NCBI RefSeq assembly: GCF_009914755.1 | Contig: NC_060932.1 | From: the human T2T-CHM13v2.0 reference genome, Homo sapiens | Strand: one strand, 5' to 3' | Length of the DNA stretch: 64,000 bases | Part shown: piece after piece, positions 26,941 to 42,909 of the stretch | Layout of the letters: each line of letters starts with the position of its first letter | How positions within the stretch are numbered: position 1 is the first letter of the stretch | Notes under the pieces: generated by a model | Database searches by the model: none | Told to the model about the DNA's origin: nothing | The model's input: the letters and a program-made list of their open reading frames with translations, nothing else | Program-made: the position numbers and the translations under genes

Positions 26941-28473
26941 ATGCACACATATGGCACCCAGTTTGCCGAAGAGGCATCCTTTAGTAATTTTCTATTTCCT
27001 AAATGTGTCTGTTCATGGGCACTGACTTTTCTAAGGTTTCTGCAATTTGCTTTTCCCTACTAGAGTGGGTAGGAGATCTATGGAATTCCAATGAGCCAAT
27101 GACCATGACACTGCAGTAGGTGTTGATTAATATAGTAGAATGATCTCAGCTCTAGCTCAATCCTAAGAGAAAATGTAGGACATATGGATGTGGGAAAGAG
27201 GTCCCAGATGAAGAAATCTTCATGAAAGGTCCCCAAAGCAATCTGCAGCCACAAGGGGACCCTCTTCTTAGCATTCTTGACAAGCAGTAAAACATCAGCA
27301 GATCAGCCTGGATCACTCCATTTCATCCCAGAAGGAACAGCAGAGCTGGGAGGGCTATTAGTGGAAAGTTAAACCTTTCATCTACCACATTCAAAACTGA
27401 GGCCTAGGCAAGACAGCTGGTTTGAGATACTCAGTGTTTTCATCACATGTGACCCCTCCCCTATAGTCACCTGAACAGTCACCTGCTGTAGAAATGGGGT
27501 GAAGAAAACACTAGAAGCCGTGGTTCCCTGCCACTAGCTTAGCCAAATCTCATAACAGGAACCATGAGGTCCAGAGGCTAAGAAATAACTTGACTAGCAT
27601 CATGAGCTCTTCCCCAAGTTACTGTGCAGTGAATCTGAGGAATTTCACACTTCCCATTTTTTCCTATGGCATGCCACACAGTCATTTACACCTTACGTCT
27701 TTCTGGCATGGATAGAATACTTCCTCTGTCACTTTCCTATCTCCCAACCATTTTCCTCCCTTGGAAATCTCTGCCTTTCAGCATGGCTTGGCACCCGGTA
27801 GATGGTCAGTAAACACTAGTTCCCTTCACCTAGCACCTGCACCCTGCATCCCTCCTCTCTGAGGCTCCGAGTGTCACTCATCCAACGAGTACCCAGAAAA
27901 CTAGGCTCGTCAGACATCTACATCAAAACGAGAGCTGGCACCATAAAGAACATCGGCCCATCAACAGCTAAAGCCCAAAGAAGTTTTCAGAAGTTCCCTT
28001 GAGACTTCCTCTTTAAGTCCCTCTCTATGACTTTTTGCTCCTCTATTCAAACCTAAACTTTTAAAATTAGTTCTTCCGCAACTCTGGGCAAATTAAATTT
28101 ATGAATAAAAAGAATTTTTCCCACTTCTATCGACAATGTAAAGAACGTGATTCATCTAACAAGTATTTATATTCAGGGCTTATATTTGAGACTAGGCCCC
28201 AAGTAATCCAAGACCAGGCCCTATCATCAAAAAGCTTAGAGCACAGGCAGAGATGGGTAATCCATTCAATCTCTAATCATAATGCAAGGCGATAAACCTT
28301 ATCCCATAAACAAAGGCACAAAGAAGGGTTGAGGGGGAAGGACTGAGGAAAGTCACAGAGACTTCAAGGAAGAGTAGGGTTTCAACTGAATACATGGGAG
28401 GGTGTGCAGTGGTTAGAGTAAGGGATGAGATGACAAGGCCTCAACACAGGTTGGGTGAGAAGTTGTATGCATG

Positions 28474-28760
28474 TATTTATTTATTTATTCTTGAGATGGA
28501 GTCTCACTCCGTCACCCAGGTTGGAGTGCAGTGATGCGATCTCGGCTCATTGCAACCTCTGCCTCTGGGTTCAAGCGATTCTACTCCCTCAGCCTCTGGA
28601 GTAGCTGGGATTACAGGCATGCGCCACCACGGCCAGCTTATTTTTGTATTTATAGTAGAGATGGGTTTTGCCATGCTGGCCAGGCTGGTCTTGAACTCCT
28701 GACCTCAGGTGATCCTCCCAAAGTACTGGCATTACAGGTGTGAGCCCACTGCGCCCGGCC
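28474..28760 (-). mobile_element. Alu (AluS) with a small left-arm deletion and (TATT)n tail
   Basis: caggtgatcctcccaaagt lacks the usual cacccgcctcgg segment. Confidence 0.95.
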
Positions 28761-29494
28761 CTAGTAGTAGTGTTCATTTAAAAAAGGCTAGGAGAGTAGA
28801 TTGAAATTAGGTTCTGCAGAACCTTACATGTCAGACTAAGGAGTGCAGGAATCTTTCTAGTGACCAAGATTTCCCCAGCAAAGGAATGATATGATCACAG
28901 CTGTACCACGAGGAGTGTCTCTCTCTGATGGGGAGGTAATAATCAGATTTCTTAGAAATGTGGTGGTGATGAATCCAGGGACTGTCAGTAGAGGGACTCT
29001 CAGCTCTGTCCACTGGACTCCATACACAAGACTACCACCTGGTCCAGCCCCCATCTCTAACCCATTAAAGAGTGTGCCCTCTCTGCTCTTGAGAAAAGGG
29101 GACCCAGATAATTTTTATTTGGTCTTTTTTTTTTCTTCTGGTAATAGTTGAGGCTGTGGTTTAAATAGGAAAATCAAGCTCTTTTGTGAAAAAGGAGAAT
29201 ACTGTTGTTTGTTTGGGAAGGGTATGAAGAGGTGTGTGGGCTGTAGCGAGAGACTTCAATCTGGTTTCTTCAAATCTTGTCTCACACCCTCATGCCATTC
29301 TTCACACTCAGGCTGGAGCAATCATTCTAACATGCAAAGATGATCCTATCATTTCCATAGTTCTTCACGCCCTTTGTAAAAAGTGTAATTTTCTTAATCT
29401 GGTTTATAGCTAAGTGGGTGAACGGTGACACCAGATAAACACAAAAAGAACTGGTTTGGTGGGAGAAGAAGCTACTATCTGTTAAGGGCCTAGC

Positions 29495-29710
29495 TATGAT
29501 GTGCGCATCACCACCCTATAAAACGTACATATTCTACACCATTTAGACCTGCCTTGCCAAAGAGATATCACTATCTCCATTGAACAAATGATGATCCTAG
29601 GATGCAGACTATAGTGATTTGCCATGGACCCAGAACTAGTTAGATTAGGTAGAGCTGGGATTTGAACCCAGGTGTGAGTCCAAGTCTGTGAGTATTCCAT
29701 CTGAACACAC
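29495..29710 (-). mobile_element. MIR SINE
   Basis: ggtagagctgggatttgaacccaggtgtgagtccaagtctgtg. Confidence 0.7.
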
Positions 29711-29904
29711 TGTCACCAAAACCCATTTGTTCTAAAAGGAATTCGGAGTGGGGAAATGAAACAGGGGCGGTCTTTGAGTAAGATGGGTCTTCACGTTTTA
29801 TACCCATCTTTCTCCCCACCCAAAATCTTTTGTACCATGGTCTTGATTTGACCCCTGCCTTTAACCATCTAGATTTGGCATTCATCTTAACTACACCCCT
29901 ACAA

Positions 29905-30125
29905 TTTTTCATCAAATTTATGGTCATTATTTCCTCAAATACATTTTCTGTCCCAGTATCTGTCTGGGCTTCTGGTGACACTCCAATTGCACATACATTA
30001 CACCACCTGCCATTCTCTCCCAATCACTGACGATCTGTTCATTCCATAACAATAGTTTTTCTCTATGTGCTACAGTTTGGAGAATTTCTACTGACCTGTC
30101 TTCAAATTCACTGACTGAAGCCCAA
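29905..30125 (-). mobile_element. L1 ORF1 relic
   Basis: ORF-track peptides VSEFEDRSVEILQTVAHREK...NEQIVSDW and IGVSPE...ENVFEEIMTINLMK resemble L1 ORF1p motifs (ISELEDRS.EI.Q, IGVPE...IFEEIM.ENFPNLMK). Confidence 0.75.
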
Positions 30126-30520
30126 ATTTGGCCGATAACCAATATCTGACATTCTATCCCAGTGGTCTGTGGAGGTAAAAGAGTTAAGAGATAGACGCAA
30201 ATGCTGATGTACTTCATCGATACATTATAGTCTTATTTCAAGCACTGATTTCATATTCTAAATCACATTACAATGTTCCTTTGCCCTGTGCTCCATTCCA
30301 AGTATACCAGAAGTACAATCTGAAGTGCTTCTCAACTTCAACTCTCATGAAGTGACCCATTTTGTATGAGATCCAATGCACACTTTCAACATGATTCTGA
30401 GTGGTTTAAATCAAACCATTCTATCTAAAAATGCAGGTAATATTGACCTGCAAGTAAAGCAATAGTAATACCTAAATACTCTCTAGGAAGGACGTGTATC
30501 TGTGTTTTGCTAGTGTCACT

Positions 30521-31290
30521 TTTTATAAATTTACTTTTTAATTGACAAACACAATTTTATGGTGTAAAACGTGATGTCTTGATATATATACACACTGTGG
30601 AATAAGTAAATTATGCTAAGTAACATACCTATCACCTTACACACTTAACACTGTTATGTGGTGAGAACATTTAAAATCTACTCTCTTAGCAATTTTCAAG
30701 TGTACAATGTATTATTATTAACTATAGTCACCAAGATCTCCAGAACTTATTCTTCAGGTCCAATTGAAACTTTGTACCCTTCGACCAACATCTCTCCAGC
30801 CCCTGGTAACCATCATTGTACTCTCTGCTTTGATGAGTTCGACTTTTCTAAACATTCCACATACAAGTGAGATCGCGCACTATTTGTTTTTCTATGCCTG
30901 GCTTATTTCATTTAGCATAATGTTCTCCAGGTTAATCAATACTGTTGCCAACGACAGGATTTCCTTCTTTCTTAAGACTGAATCGTATTCCATTGTGTAT
31001 ATATACCGCAGGTTTTAATCCATGCATCCACTGATGGACATTGTATCTTGTATGTTGTGAATAGTGCCTCAATGAACGTGAGAGTATGAATATCTCTGAG
31101 ATAGTGATTTCATTGCCTTTAGATATGAAGAAGTAGAATTGTTGAATGATATAATAGTCTTGTTGTAAATTTTTTTACAAACCTCCACACTGTTTTCCAT
31201 AATGGCTGTACCAATTTACAATCCCACCAACAGTGAGAGTCCTCACCAACACTTGCCATCTTTTGAATTTTTGATAATAGCCAAGCTAAT
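30521..31290 (-). mobile_element. L1MA-type 3' end
   Basis: gtggtgagaacatttaaaatctactctcttagcaattttcaagtgtacaat; ttccacatacaagtgagatc. Confidence 0.88.
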
Positions 31291-31454
31291 GTGTCATTTA
31301 AAAGGGCTATTTAAATTCTCAAAACAGAGGGATAGAAAACCTTACAAAACTATGAAAATATGGCATTTGAGAAGGTCTATAAAGGCCTAAAGCTTTTTTT
31401 GTATTATTATTAAAAGTAGTTACGTTCAAAAGCCAAAAGTATTGAACTAGGAGG

Positions 31455-32060
31455 CAATAGCTTCCTAAGTGGTATTCCTGCTGCATCTCTCACCAACCTA
31501 AATATGCCATCTTCAACAGAGCACTCACGGTGGCTTTAAAAAAAAAAAAGTCACGTCATACCTCTGCCTTAAACCCTCTAGACTTCCTATAGTGTGCAAA
31601 ATAAATGTTAAAGTCCCCACAATTACCCACGAATTACCTGTGAATTGCCCTTCATGATCTCGTAGTCTCTGACCTCAGCTGCTCCTCCTCCTCCCTTGCT
31701 GATTACACGCCAGCCACACAGGCCTCCGCCACTCCTGCCTCAGGGCCTTTGTACTTGCATTCCTTCTGCCTGGGACACTTTTTCCATAAATCTGTGCAAA
31801 ACAACCTGTCTCAGGTATTTTTCCTTCATGACTTCTCTGACTATGTTATTTTAAATTACAACCCCTCAACCTAGCCTAGCATTTCCTATTCTCTTTCCCT
31901 GCTTTATTTTAATCAACAGCACTTATCATAATCTGACATGCCATATGCTTTACATATTTATCTCATTTTCTGTCCCACCCTACTGGAGTATAAGCTGCTA
32001 GAGATTTTTGTTTGTTTCCTGTTGCAATAAATAAACCATCTGATGAACATGTGAATAAAT
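31455..32060 (+). mobile_element. L2 LINE 3' portion
   Basis: cctgcctcagggcctttgtacttgcattccttctgcctggga; cagcacttatcataatctgaca. Confidence 0.8.
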
Positions 32061-32175
32061 AATCTCAGTGCCAGGCCATTAACTAGTTCTGCCATTAACT
32101 AGTAGCCTGACCCTGGGGAAGTCAATGTCTCTGAGCCTTAGTTTTCTCATCTCAGAGTTAAGTGTAAAGAACAAA

Positions 32176-32225
32176 TATATATATGTATATATACACATAT
32201 ATACATATATATATTTATAATATGT
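32176..32225. repeat. Imperfect (TA)n microsatellite
   Basis: Read directly from the sequence. Confidence 0.85.
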
Positions 32226-33671
32226 AGCTTAATATAGACATGGAAAAGCTGGGTGGTGCTGGTACAAGTGTTTAACAGCCTCTTCATTGCAAGGTAGATT
32301 AAAAATGTCTTACATGGGAGAAAAAATGGGGACAAAAACTTCAATACAGTTACCAAAACCTTCACAGCAATTGAAAAGCTGTTTGTCATTCAGTTGGTGC
32401 AGATGTCTGGTCATTTCTTATGCATCACTGCAGACCTATGTCTTGGCAGCAGGATAAAAGCATGCACTGGCTATTTGCTCGGGAAGGCGGCTCTCATTTT
32501 CTGCACGTGGGAAAGCAGAGCCCCACACAGACTCCATGCTATTGGGCTTTCCCCATCATGTGGCCATCCCACTGCATATCTGTACTGCAGAGCTGTCAGT
32601 GTGAGGCCTGGCCAAAGACACACCCGCCAGGCACAAGTTATTCAGCCAAGAGCAAGGAACGGGAAAGGGTTTCTGGGCTCATCTGTCCTCAGGTAGCTGT
32701 CACTTCCTGCTCCTAGTGTCATCACATTCCTGAAATTCCCCAGACGACCCTCCCCAGTCCTCCTCCCTTAATGTCCTTGTAAGATGAATCAAAACTCTTC
32801 CATGCTTCCCAATGTGAGTGCCCACTGCCACCCTGACAAAGGTCATATGCTGAGGAAACAGAATGCTGGTGAAAGAAAGGGTAATAAGAATGTCACCAAG
32901 CACTGAATCCATATAAGGGTGCTGGAAGAAAGATGGACGCAGGCTCCCACTAGAAACAGCTCCATCGTGACCTGACAAGTGGCAGAATTATGGAAATTAG
33001 GAAACTGGAAAAGGGTCATCACATAAAAACATGAATGAGATTCAAAGGACTTTTTAGGAGACAACAGGCATATGGCAAAAAAATAAAATAAAATTTCTTT
33101 TCCTAAGAAAACACAGTGCTGATTCACCCTGAGTAGGCTTGGTTCTGGAAGGCCACATCTGACTATGTGTTCACTCAGCTTATGCTAAGCATATTTTTGA
33201 AAGATTGTTTTGAGTTTCTTCATGGTAATGTCTACCATGATGTATCACTGATTATTTCCATATTATCATGAATGTTGGAATCCCAGCTGAAATCTGGAAG
33301 GATATAGGGTGGGACCTCCATCAGAAAGACATCCATCTGCAGGCACCACTGTTGCTCCCAAGGTCAGTGAGCTCAGCAAGGAAACTTGGTCTTGGTCAAA
33401 TATAATTCTTTGTGTAAGTCTGGGACACTGATGACCCAGGAAGATGAAAAGTGTTTTTCCTAATAACACCTAGTGGTTATGGACATAGAATAATACAATG
33501 ATCGTGGGCTTTTAAGACTCTGTACATAAGAATGTAGGGAAAGTTCACAGGTTCTTGCATCACTGTTCACACTACTTGGGCCTAAGGTATGCCAAGCTAA
33601 ACGTCTGTTTCTCCACATGGTTCAACCATGTTGCTTCAACTGAATCCCACTTCTTAGGCTTTCAGTGGTAA

Positions 33672-34102
<431 letters not shown>

Positions 34103-34959
34103 AAATTTCATTCATGGGAATTATTTTATTTTTATTTACCTTATTCATACACAACACTGTTCCAAAAAAGAATTTGAGACCACTTACAAAAATACATACA
34201 CGAGATGTGTATGAGATTAAAAAAGAAGTGGGTCAGTAAATATCTCCCCTTCTTGAATCCCCAAAAATTTGGCAGTGATAACCACGAACAGTTTTACCTA
34301 CACCTTCTGTGAGAACTGGAAGTATGGAAAATCCACTCTGGGGAGTGTCTTCTGCTACCCTCAAACTCATTCACGATATTAAGCAGAGGCGTGAAAAAGC
34401 GCTCCAGGTGAAATGGCCCAGCTGTTAATCTTCGCTATGGGCAGCATCCCTGAGCAGGCTTTGTAATTTCTTGACTGCTTCTCCATTTCTATCATTTCAA
34501 CAGTTTGAAGGCATTGCACATCTAGAAGCAAGACCTCCTCCAACCCTCAGGCCCTCTCTGGAGTTGCTTTTTTAAACCTGAGCTACTGAGGGTCAGGACT
34601 CAAACCTGCACTGCAGCACATCCCCTGGTCACAAGATCTGGGGAAAGAACGAGAGAGAAGATCGCTGCTCCGTGGAGAGAGCTTTGCCTGAGAACCTGCC
34701 TTCTGCCACCTGACAGTGTGCCTGCTTCTTGCTTTACTCAAATCTGTTGCAGCAATCTGTACTGTGGCTCTATTTTCAAGTATTCACCCAACTGGTTACA
34801 AATTTCAATAATCTGGTTAAACGCCCAAGTGAAAATGGTCATTCCGTCAAATTAAGGCAGTTTCTATCCCTTGTTAAATGGCTTTTGACTTAAACAACTA
34901 TCCATATATACACTGACACTTGGGAATACACGTTTAGAGCCATGCTCAGATACATGGAG

Positions 34960-35469
34960 CAAAATGGTACATAAGGAAAATCACCACTTATCCTGCTTTC
35001 TTCAGCAAACTGGATCTCACAGTAACCATACAGTTGATAAAGAGAAGTCTCTATTTATAGAAATATTTCAGCTCACAAATTTAAAAAATGCTAGAATTAG
35101 AATATCTTGCAGTTTCTAAGAAAATAATGGACTGAGGCAATGATCAGTAAGGGGATGCTAACTTCACCAAAAGAAAAGGAACCAGGGCCGGGCGCAGTGG
35201 CTCACACCTGTAATCCCAGCATTTTGGGAGGCTGAGACGGGTGGATCGCCTGAGTTCAGGAGTTAGACACCAGCCTGGCAACATGGTGAAACCCCATCCC
35301 TACTAAAAATACAAAAATTGGCTAGGTGTGGTGGTGCACGCCTATAATCCCAGCTACTCAGGAGGCTGAGGAAAAGAATCGCTTGAACCTGGGACGCAGA
35401 GGTTGCAGTGAGCCAAGACCGCACCACTACACTCCAGCCTCAGCAACAGAGTGAGACTCTTTCTCAAAA

Positions 35470-35504
<35 letters not shown>

Positions 35505-36110
35505 ATAGAAAAGGAACCGGGTGTTAAATGCCTCCTGAATGAAACACACCACCACTTACAGATGCTGATCAGCCCTCTCACTCTCGGTTTGTAGAAAATA
35601 CAAGAGGACAAATGAACATGATCGTTCGGTCAAGACTAAAGGAAATAGGACAGGCTGAATTATTTAATTTCTTAAATAAATAGCAAGGGAAAGAGAGAAA
35701 GAAGGGTGAACTTACAGATGAAAAGAAACTATTTATATTAACCAATTGCAATGTATACACGATCTGGCTCATGATTCAGATAAACAGTTTTAAAAAACAT
35801 TTATGAGGCAACAGGGGAAATGGACTCACTGGAGATTTGATGATATTTAAAAAGTATTATTTTAGGTGTAAAAAATCCATCTTATCTTTTAGAGATATAT
35901 ACCAAAATATTCATGGATGAGTTGATAGGGCAGCTGAGATCTGCTTTAAATATGCTAGGATAGAAGAGGGGGAGGGAGTGGGGATGTAGACAAGGCACAT
36001 TTAGCCATAACTGAGACCTGTGGAAGCTGAGCGAGCAAGGCTTCATTATACTAAGCTCTGTATTTTTGTTTGAAATCTTTCACAATTGCAAAGTAAAAAA
36101 CAAATACCTT
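34960..36110 (+). mobile_element. Old L1 (L1MC-like) 3' region split by an Alu
   Basis: accaattgcaatgtatac; cttatcttttagagatatataccaaaatattcatggatga. Confidence 0.6.
35186..35506 (+). mobile_element. Alu (AluS) with (AAAT)n tail
   Basis: 14-bp TSD agaaaaggaacc(a/g)g at 35172-35185 and 35507-35520. Confidence 0.97.
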
Positions 36111-36504
36111 TTAAAACTCAACTGAGAGAAATGATATTGACAGAAAATCTTCTAGAAGACAGCTGGTCCATTGCTTGTTTTAGATACAACGCAATTAACT
36201 TCTGGGTTAAACCAGAGCCAGCAGACAAGCACGCTAGCACCTGCAGAGATGCAAGGACCAAATAGTCCCTTGTGGGGAGAGGGTCACGAGCCCAAAGAGA
36301 AGAGCAGTGTGGCAAACAGCCACGAGACTTGCGCGCCGCTCACTCCTAGGGTGCCATCAGCAGTGCTGCCTAAATGCCTTGTAGTACATATAGTGTCCTC
36401 CTAAGTACCCTTGAAAAATTTCTTTCTGGTTCCAGAATCCAAAATATGTGTGATTCCCCCAAACGTGTACATTTTTAGAATCAGTAAGTAAAACTGAAAT
36501 CCAT

Positions 36505-37225
36505 CGCCATTTCACACCCATTAGGATGGCTATAATTTTTAAAAATAAATAAATAACAAGGGTTGGCAAGGATACAGAGAAATTGGAACCCTTGTGGTTC
36601 GCTGGTGGGAATGTAAAAGTATAGCCGTTTTGGAAAATGATATGGCAGCTCCTCAAAAAATTAAACATGGAATTACCATATGCTCCAGCAATTCCATCTC
36701 TGGGTATACACCCAAAAGAATGGAAAGCAGGGACTTGAAGAGAGATCTGTACACTCAGGTTCATCGCAGCCTTATCCACAACAGCGAAAAGGTGGAAGCA
36801 ACTCAAGTATTGATTGACAGGTGAATGGACAAACCAAATGTGGTCTATAGATACAATGGGATAAGAAGGAAATTTTCATACACAGTACAACATGGATGAA
36901 CTTTGAAGACATTATGCGAAGTAGAATAAGCCAGTCACAAAAGGGTAAATACTGCATGATTCTATCTATAGGAGGTCCCTAGAGTAGTCAAATTTAGACA
37001 GACAGGAAGTAGAATAGAGGTTACCAGGGGCTGGGGGAAGGAGGACTAGACGGTGTTTAGTGTCTATGGAGCTTCCCTTTGAGAAGATAAAATAATTCTG
37101 GAGCTAGATGGTGGTGATGGGTACAAAACAATGTGAAGGTACTTAACACCACTGGACCATACGCTTAAACAATGGTTACAATGATAAATTTCATATTATG
37201 TATCTGTTACCACAATTTTTTAAAA
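36505..37225 (+). mobile_element. L1MB-type 3' end (ORF2 C-terminus + 3' UTR)
   Basis: ccatttcacacccattaggatggct...ccagcaattccatctctgggtatacacccaaaagaa...gatggtggtgatgggtacaaaacaatgtgaa. Confidence 0.9.
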
Positions 37226-39756
37226 ATGAAGTCCATCATGCAACCAACTGATTTTTCTTCATGTTGCTGCTAGGAAACATAGAGCCAAATTTATGAGCAA
37301 GTTTTATAAATTATGTAAGATTATGACATGCATTCTTTGTGTATTTCATTTCACTTTCTTTTCCTTTGGCCTAATATTTACCTAATTCTAATGCATGTTA
37401 GTTGGCTGTGTCTTGCATATATTTTAATTTTCCTTTAATCCATTTTATAACAAGTCCCAAGATAAATGGCTGGGGAGAATGAGAACAAGAAAAAGAATAT
37501 TAGGTTTTATATTATCTGAATTTGATCCTTGATTGCTCCGTATTTTTCTTAAAAATGCTAGTTGGGTTAAATTTAATAATGAGTAACTTTTTTCCTTTTA
37601 GTTGTTCTCTATACCTATGTTTCTCTTCTTAAAAAAGTTAATTAACAGAGAAGTAATAGAAAATATTTGATTGTTTCTCCTGAACATCCTGTTGAATGTA
37701 TTTTCTCTGTAGAAATTTAAGAAATGTCCGCCACATTTGTAAAATAAATCTTTCTCGTTGTCAAAACTTAAAGGAAAAAACGTCAGTCAAGTGGGTGGTT
37801 GCTGTACACTACTGCAAAAAGTGAAAAAATTAGCCACATCTGATTAGCTTTACAGTTGAGGCCAAAAGAGAAATATAGTATTTTCTGAGAGCTCTGTATT
37901 GACACAGAAGCAAACAACCAGTCTCACTTGGACACATGGTGAGAGTGAGCCTGATAGAGAGTTTAATAACATGGGCTTCTCAGTACCCAGCCAATATTAG
38001 GTGAGTTCTCAACTAATGCTGTCTGTTATCCTTCAAAATCCCTGAGTTACGGGACTCGTCTGGTGTTATGAAGGAGAGGTGATGGATCCCATAGAGCCTA
38101 GTGATGTTGGCGTCACTCTCCCGGGGACTTGATCACAGCTCACCCAGAGTGAGGAGAGCAGGTGGTCTGCCAGGGAGCACCTGTCCGGCTGGTCTGTCAT
38201 CCCCATGCCAAGGGGCCAATGCATCATTTCCTGACACTCTGACAACAGTCCTAGGTGGCAAACAGTTTTCTTGTCATGTTACAGATGAGAGATGGGGCTT
38301 AAGAAGGCGGAAGAAACTTGTCTAGAGTCAACAAGGATTACAGGACTCCAGTGACCTTTGGGAATTCTGAATTCTTTACAGACTCCTCCATAACCTTTTT
38401 GTGGGAGGAGGGCTTCACTTTCTGGTTCTTACTTACAACCGAAATGGGAGAAGTTCATGGATAAGTGATCTCTATACAAGTAAAGTGTTATTATATGAAA
38501 CATTCTCTAACTTACTCCCCTCTACAATGGATTCTGTGCCATCCTCCAACCTACAGTCCACCTTCCATACTCTAAACATATGAACCCACCCTCCTCTGTG
38601 ACTCCATAATTTGTTCTTTTCTGGACCAGCCCAGGTCAACGTGGCTGCACCATCCCAGCCAATGCTTTCCAAACCAAAAGAGATTTTCAACACAGGTTTT
38701 CAAAGGTCTCTTTCTCCTTCTCTATATTATCTGACTTCTCTACACTCAAGAAGAAAACGAAAGTTGAAATCATGCACAAGACATATAAAATAAAATGCAT
38801 CTTAAACTATGTCTCCAATGACCATTGCCCCCTCAAGTTGCTTCAAATTACCCAGGGAGGAAGGCCTATTTTTATCTCTCCAAGTGCTCTACCATTTAAG
38901 AAGTTTGCACCAGTTAGCAGCCTGCAGTTCTGACCATCTTGTGAATTTAGATTGTTTCGCTAATTATAAACACATTTCAATGTCATTCTTTCTGGCCTTT
39001 TTCCTGGAATGAGTGGCTGCCCCTCCAGAGTTCACAGAATGGGCTTCAGTAGTTTTCAGTCAAGATTCAGGGAGAAATACGCCACACCGGGACTCGGTTA
39101 TTTACCAACATCATGCTGGATATGTGCCAGTGAGACACCAAGACACTTCCCTTTGAAGTCTGACATATTGCCGGCTGCTTCCAATGTTGTTTTCTTGGCT
39201 GGCAGACAAATAACCGGGGCTGATTCAAAACTCACCTCCCATTCATGTCAGACAGGAAACGATTTCTTGTGATTGGTTCATCTTACATTGATCTCACTCT
39301 CCTTGGAGGGGCCGAAGGTGAGTACCCCAGAGAGGGACAAGTCTCTGGGCTCCTGTCAGCCACGGGCCCCTGCTCCGGGACCTGTCCATTCACACAGCTG
39401 TTCAAAAAAAGGTCACGCGAACACTCGGCACCTTAGCTGTCAAAAGAGATGTGCCGTGCGACAAAAAACACATTTTCCTAAGTCCTCGGCTTGGCTTTTG
39501 CTCCCCACTCTCGTTTGAAGAATCTTCAGAGAATCTGACCCGGAAAACATGTTTTCCAGTGGTTTGAGGTCAGAGAGACATTGCCATCAGGCTACTAGGA
39601 GCCTGAAAACTCACGACAACCCAAAGAATTTGCAGAGGTACTTCTGCTGTTGCTGCTTGGTATCAATTTATCAACATTAAGGTTTCTCACTGCAGAATCT
39701 TACCTTTCACCAAAAAGCCTGGACGTGAGTTCCCAAATGGTACGGGTTCACACCTT

Positions 39757-40742
<986 letters not shown>

Positions 40743-41421
40743 GATGGGTTCAAAGAATTTTGACTTAGCAGAATGTTTTTTTAAATGTTTCAGTGTTCCA
40801 AAACAAAGTCAATTCTCAGTAACTGAGAACAAAGGGTTTTAAAGGCTACATAGCCCCACCTCCAAACTGGTTAAGGATGACCACTCTACCATCTGAATAT
40901 CTCAAGTAATGGAGAATTCATTACCCTACATCCCTGGAAAGTATTAGTACAATATTAAAACTGCAACTGTAAAATCAGATCAACTCCCTCACTCTTATTG
41001 AAGTATCACAAACTAGGTTTTATGAATACGCATTAACTTTCAAACTGAAGTTATTCAGGAAGAACACAACAATATTTATTGAATATAATTTCCAAAGTTA
41101 GCGTAACTACTAGTGTGGATGTGACATTATATACAATCCAATCTATGTCATTGCAATTTTTTCCATTTGTTCACTTTGTCTATCCAAGTTCATTATTTTT
41201 CCATTTCTACTTAACTTGGTGTGTATTTATTATTCTTGGTGCAATACGTTATAATATACAACCTCGTTAAAGGGGGACATTATATCCTAATTGCCTAAAA
41301 CCCTCCAGGTTTATCCCTCATTATTTCATTATTTCAGTATAATTGTTCACAGCACTCTTTTTACTCTCGAATGTATCCTAGTTTGGATGACAAATTTATG
41401 TTCAAAGATAGTAAAGTTTAA

Positions 41422-41631
<210 letters not shown>

Positions 41632-42540
41632 TAAGCTTGGAATCCCATGCCCTCCATTTTCCACCCTTTTAAATTAGTAAGCTTTGATTTTCTCGTGAAA
41701 TTACCCATCTTCTTGACTATGGAGTATTTTTAAGGCAATGAGTAGCTGGTCTGTGCTGAGAACAAGCACTTCTGCAGAGGCTGGAACCCGGCCCTCCACG
41801 TGGACAGAGTGGACCGTGGCCAACGGAATGTCACTTTCATTAAGATATTGACGGCCAGAGAGAACCTTTCTAAGACAGGCCCAGCAGGGTGGCAAAAGAT
41901 GTTCTCATACCTGAGGAAGCCTCGGCCATGTTTCTTTAATCTCTGGGTGCCTCAGTTTGTCTGCCTATAAAGGAGCACAATGATGCCCACTACACAGGGC
42001 GGGCGCTCTAAAGATCAAATGGGTGAGAGCCAAGGGGGCACTCACAGCTACCAGGAACAAAGACAGGAAGTAATTGCAAAATGTGTGGCTCCACTTTTCC
42101 AGCTTGCAAGCAGAGGGCTCCCACTGACTTGAAAGACAGCATCACACACAGGTAGGAGAAGCCCCCCAGGAGGACCAAGCCTATTACCTTCGTTCTCATT
42201 GTCCAAAAGGGCAGAGGAGAGGGAGAGCCACAGAGGAAGCTAAGAATGATGGGGGCAGAAAAACCAGAGAGAAAAGGAGACCAGGAGAAAAACTAACTGT
42301 TGGGCTACATAAGAAAATCTGTGAAGACTGTATGCCAGCGACAGTTTTTAAGGAATCATCTATCTATTCTCTGATCCCTTGATATGACCATTCATGCATT
42401 TTTCACACTGGAATGCCTTTATCCCACACTCTATCTGTCTTTCCTGACATTTCACATTCTAATCTAAAAGCTTCATGGAAGTTCAATGGTCATCTGTAGA
42501 GTGGATTACATTTCAAAGTTCTTATTTCGGTAGCATTCTA

Positions 42541-42909
<369 letters not shown>

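Noticed and set aside
36357-36957. Overlapping ORFs up to 149 aa
   Set aside because: Antisense or shifted frames of a degenerate L1MB 3' end.
39300-39330. Consensus donor AAG|gtgagt on the plus strand (antisense exon?)
   Set aside because: A single 9-mer is expected by chance; no convincing paired acceptor or promoter.
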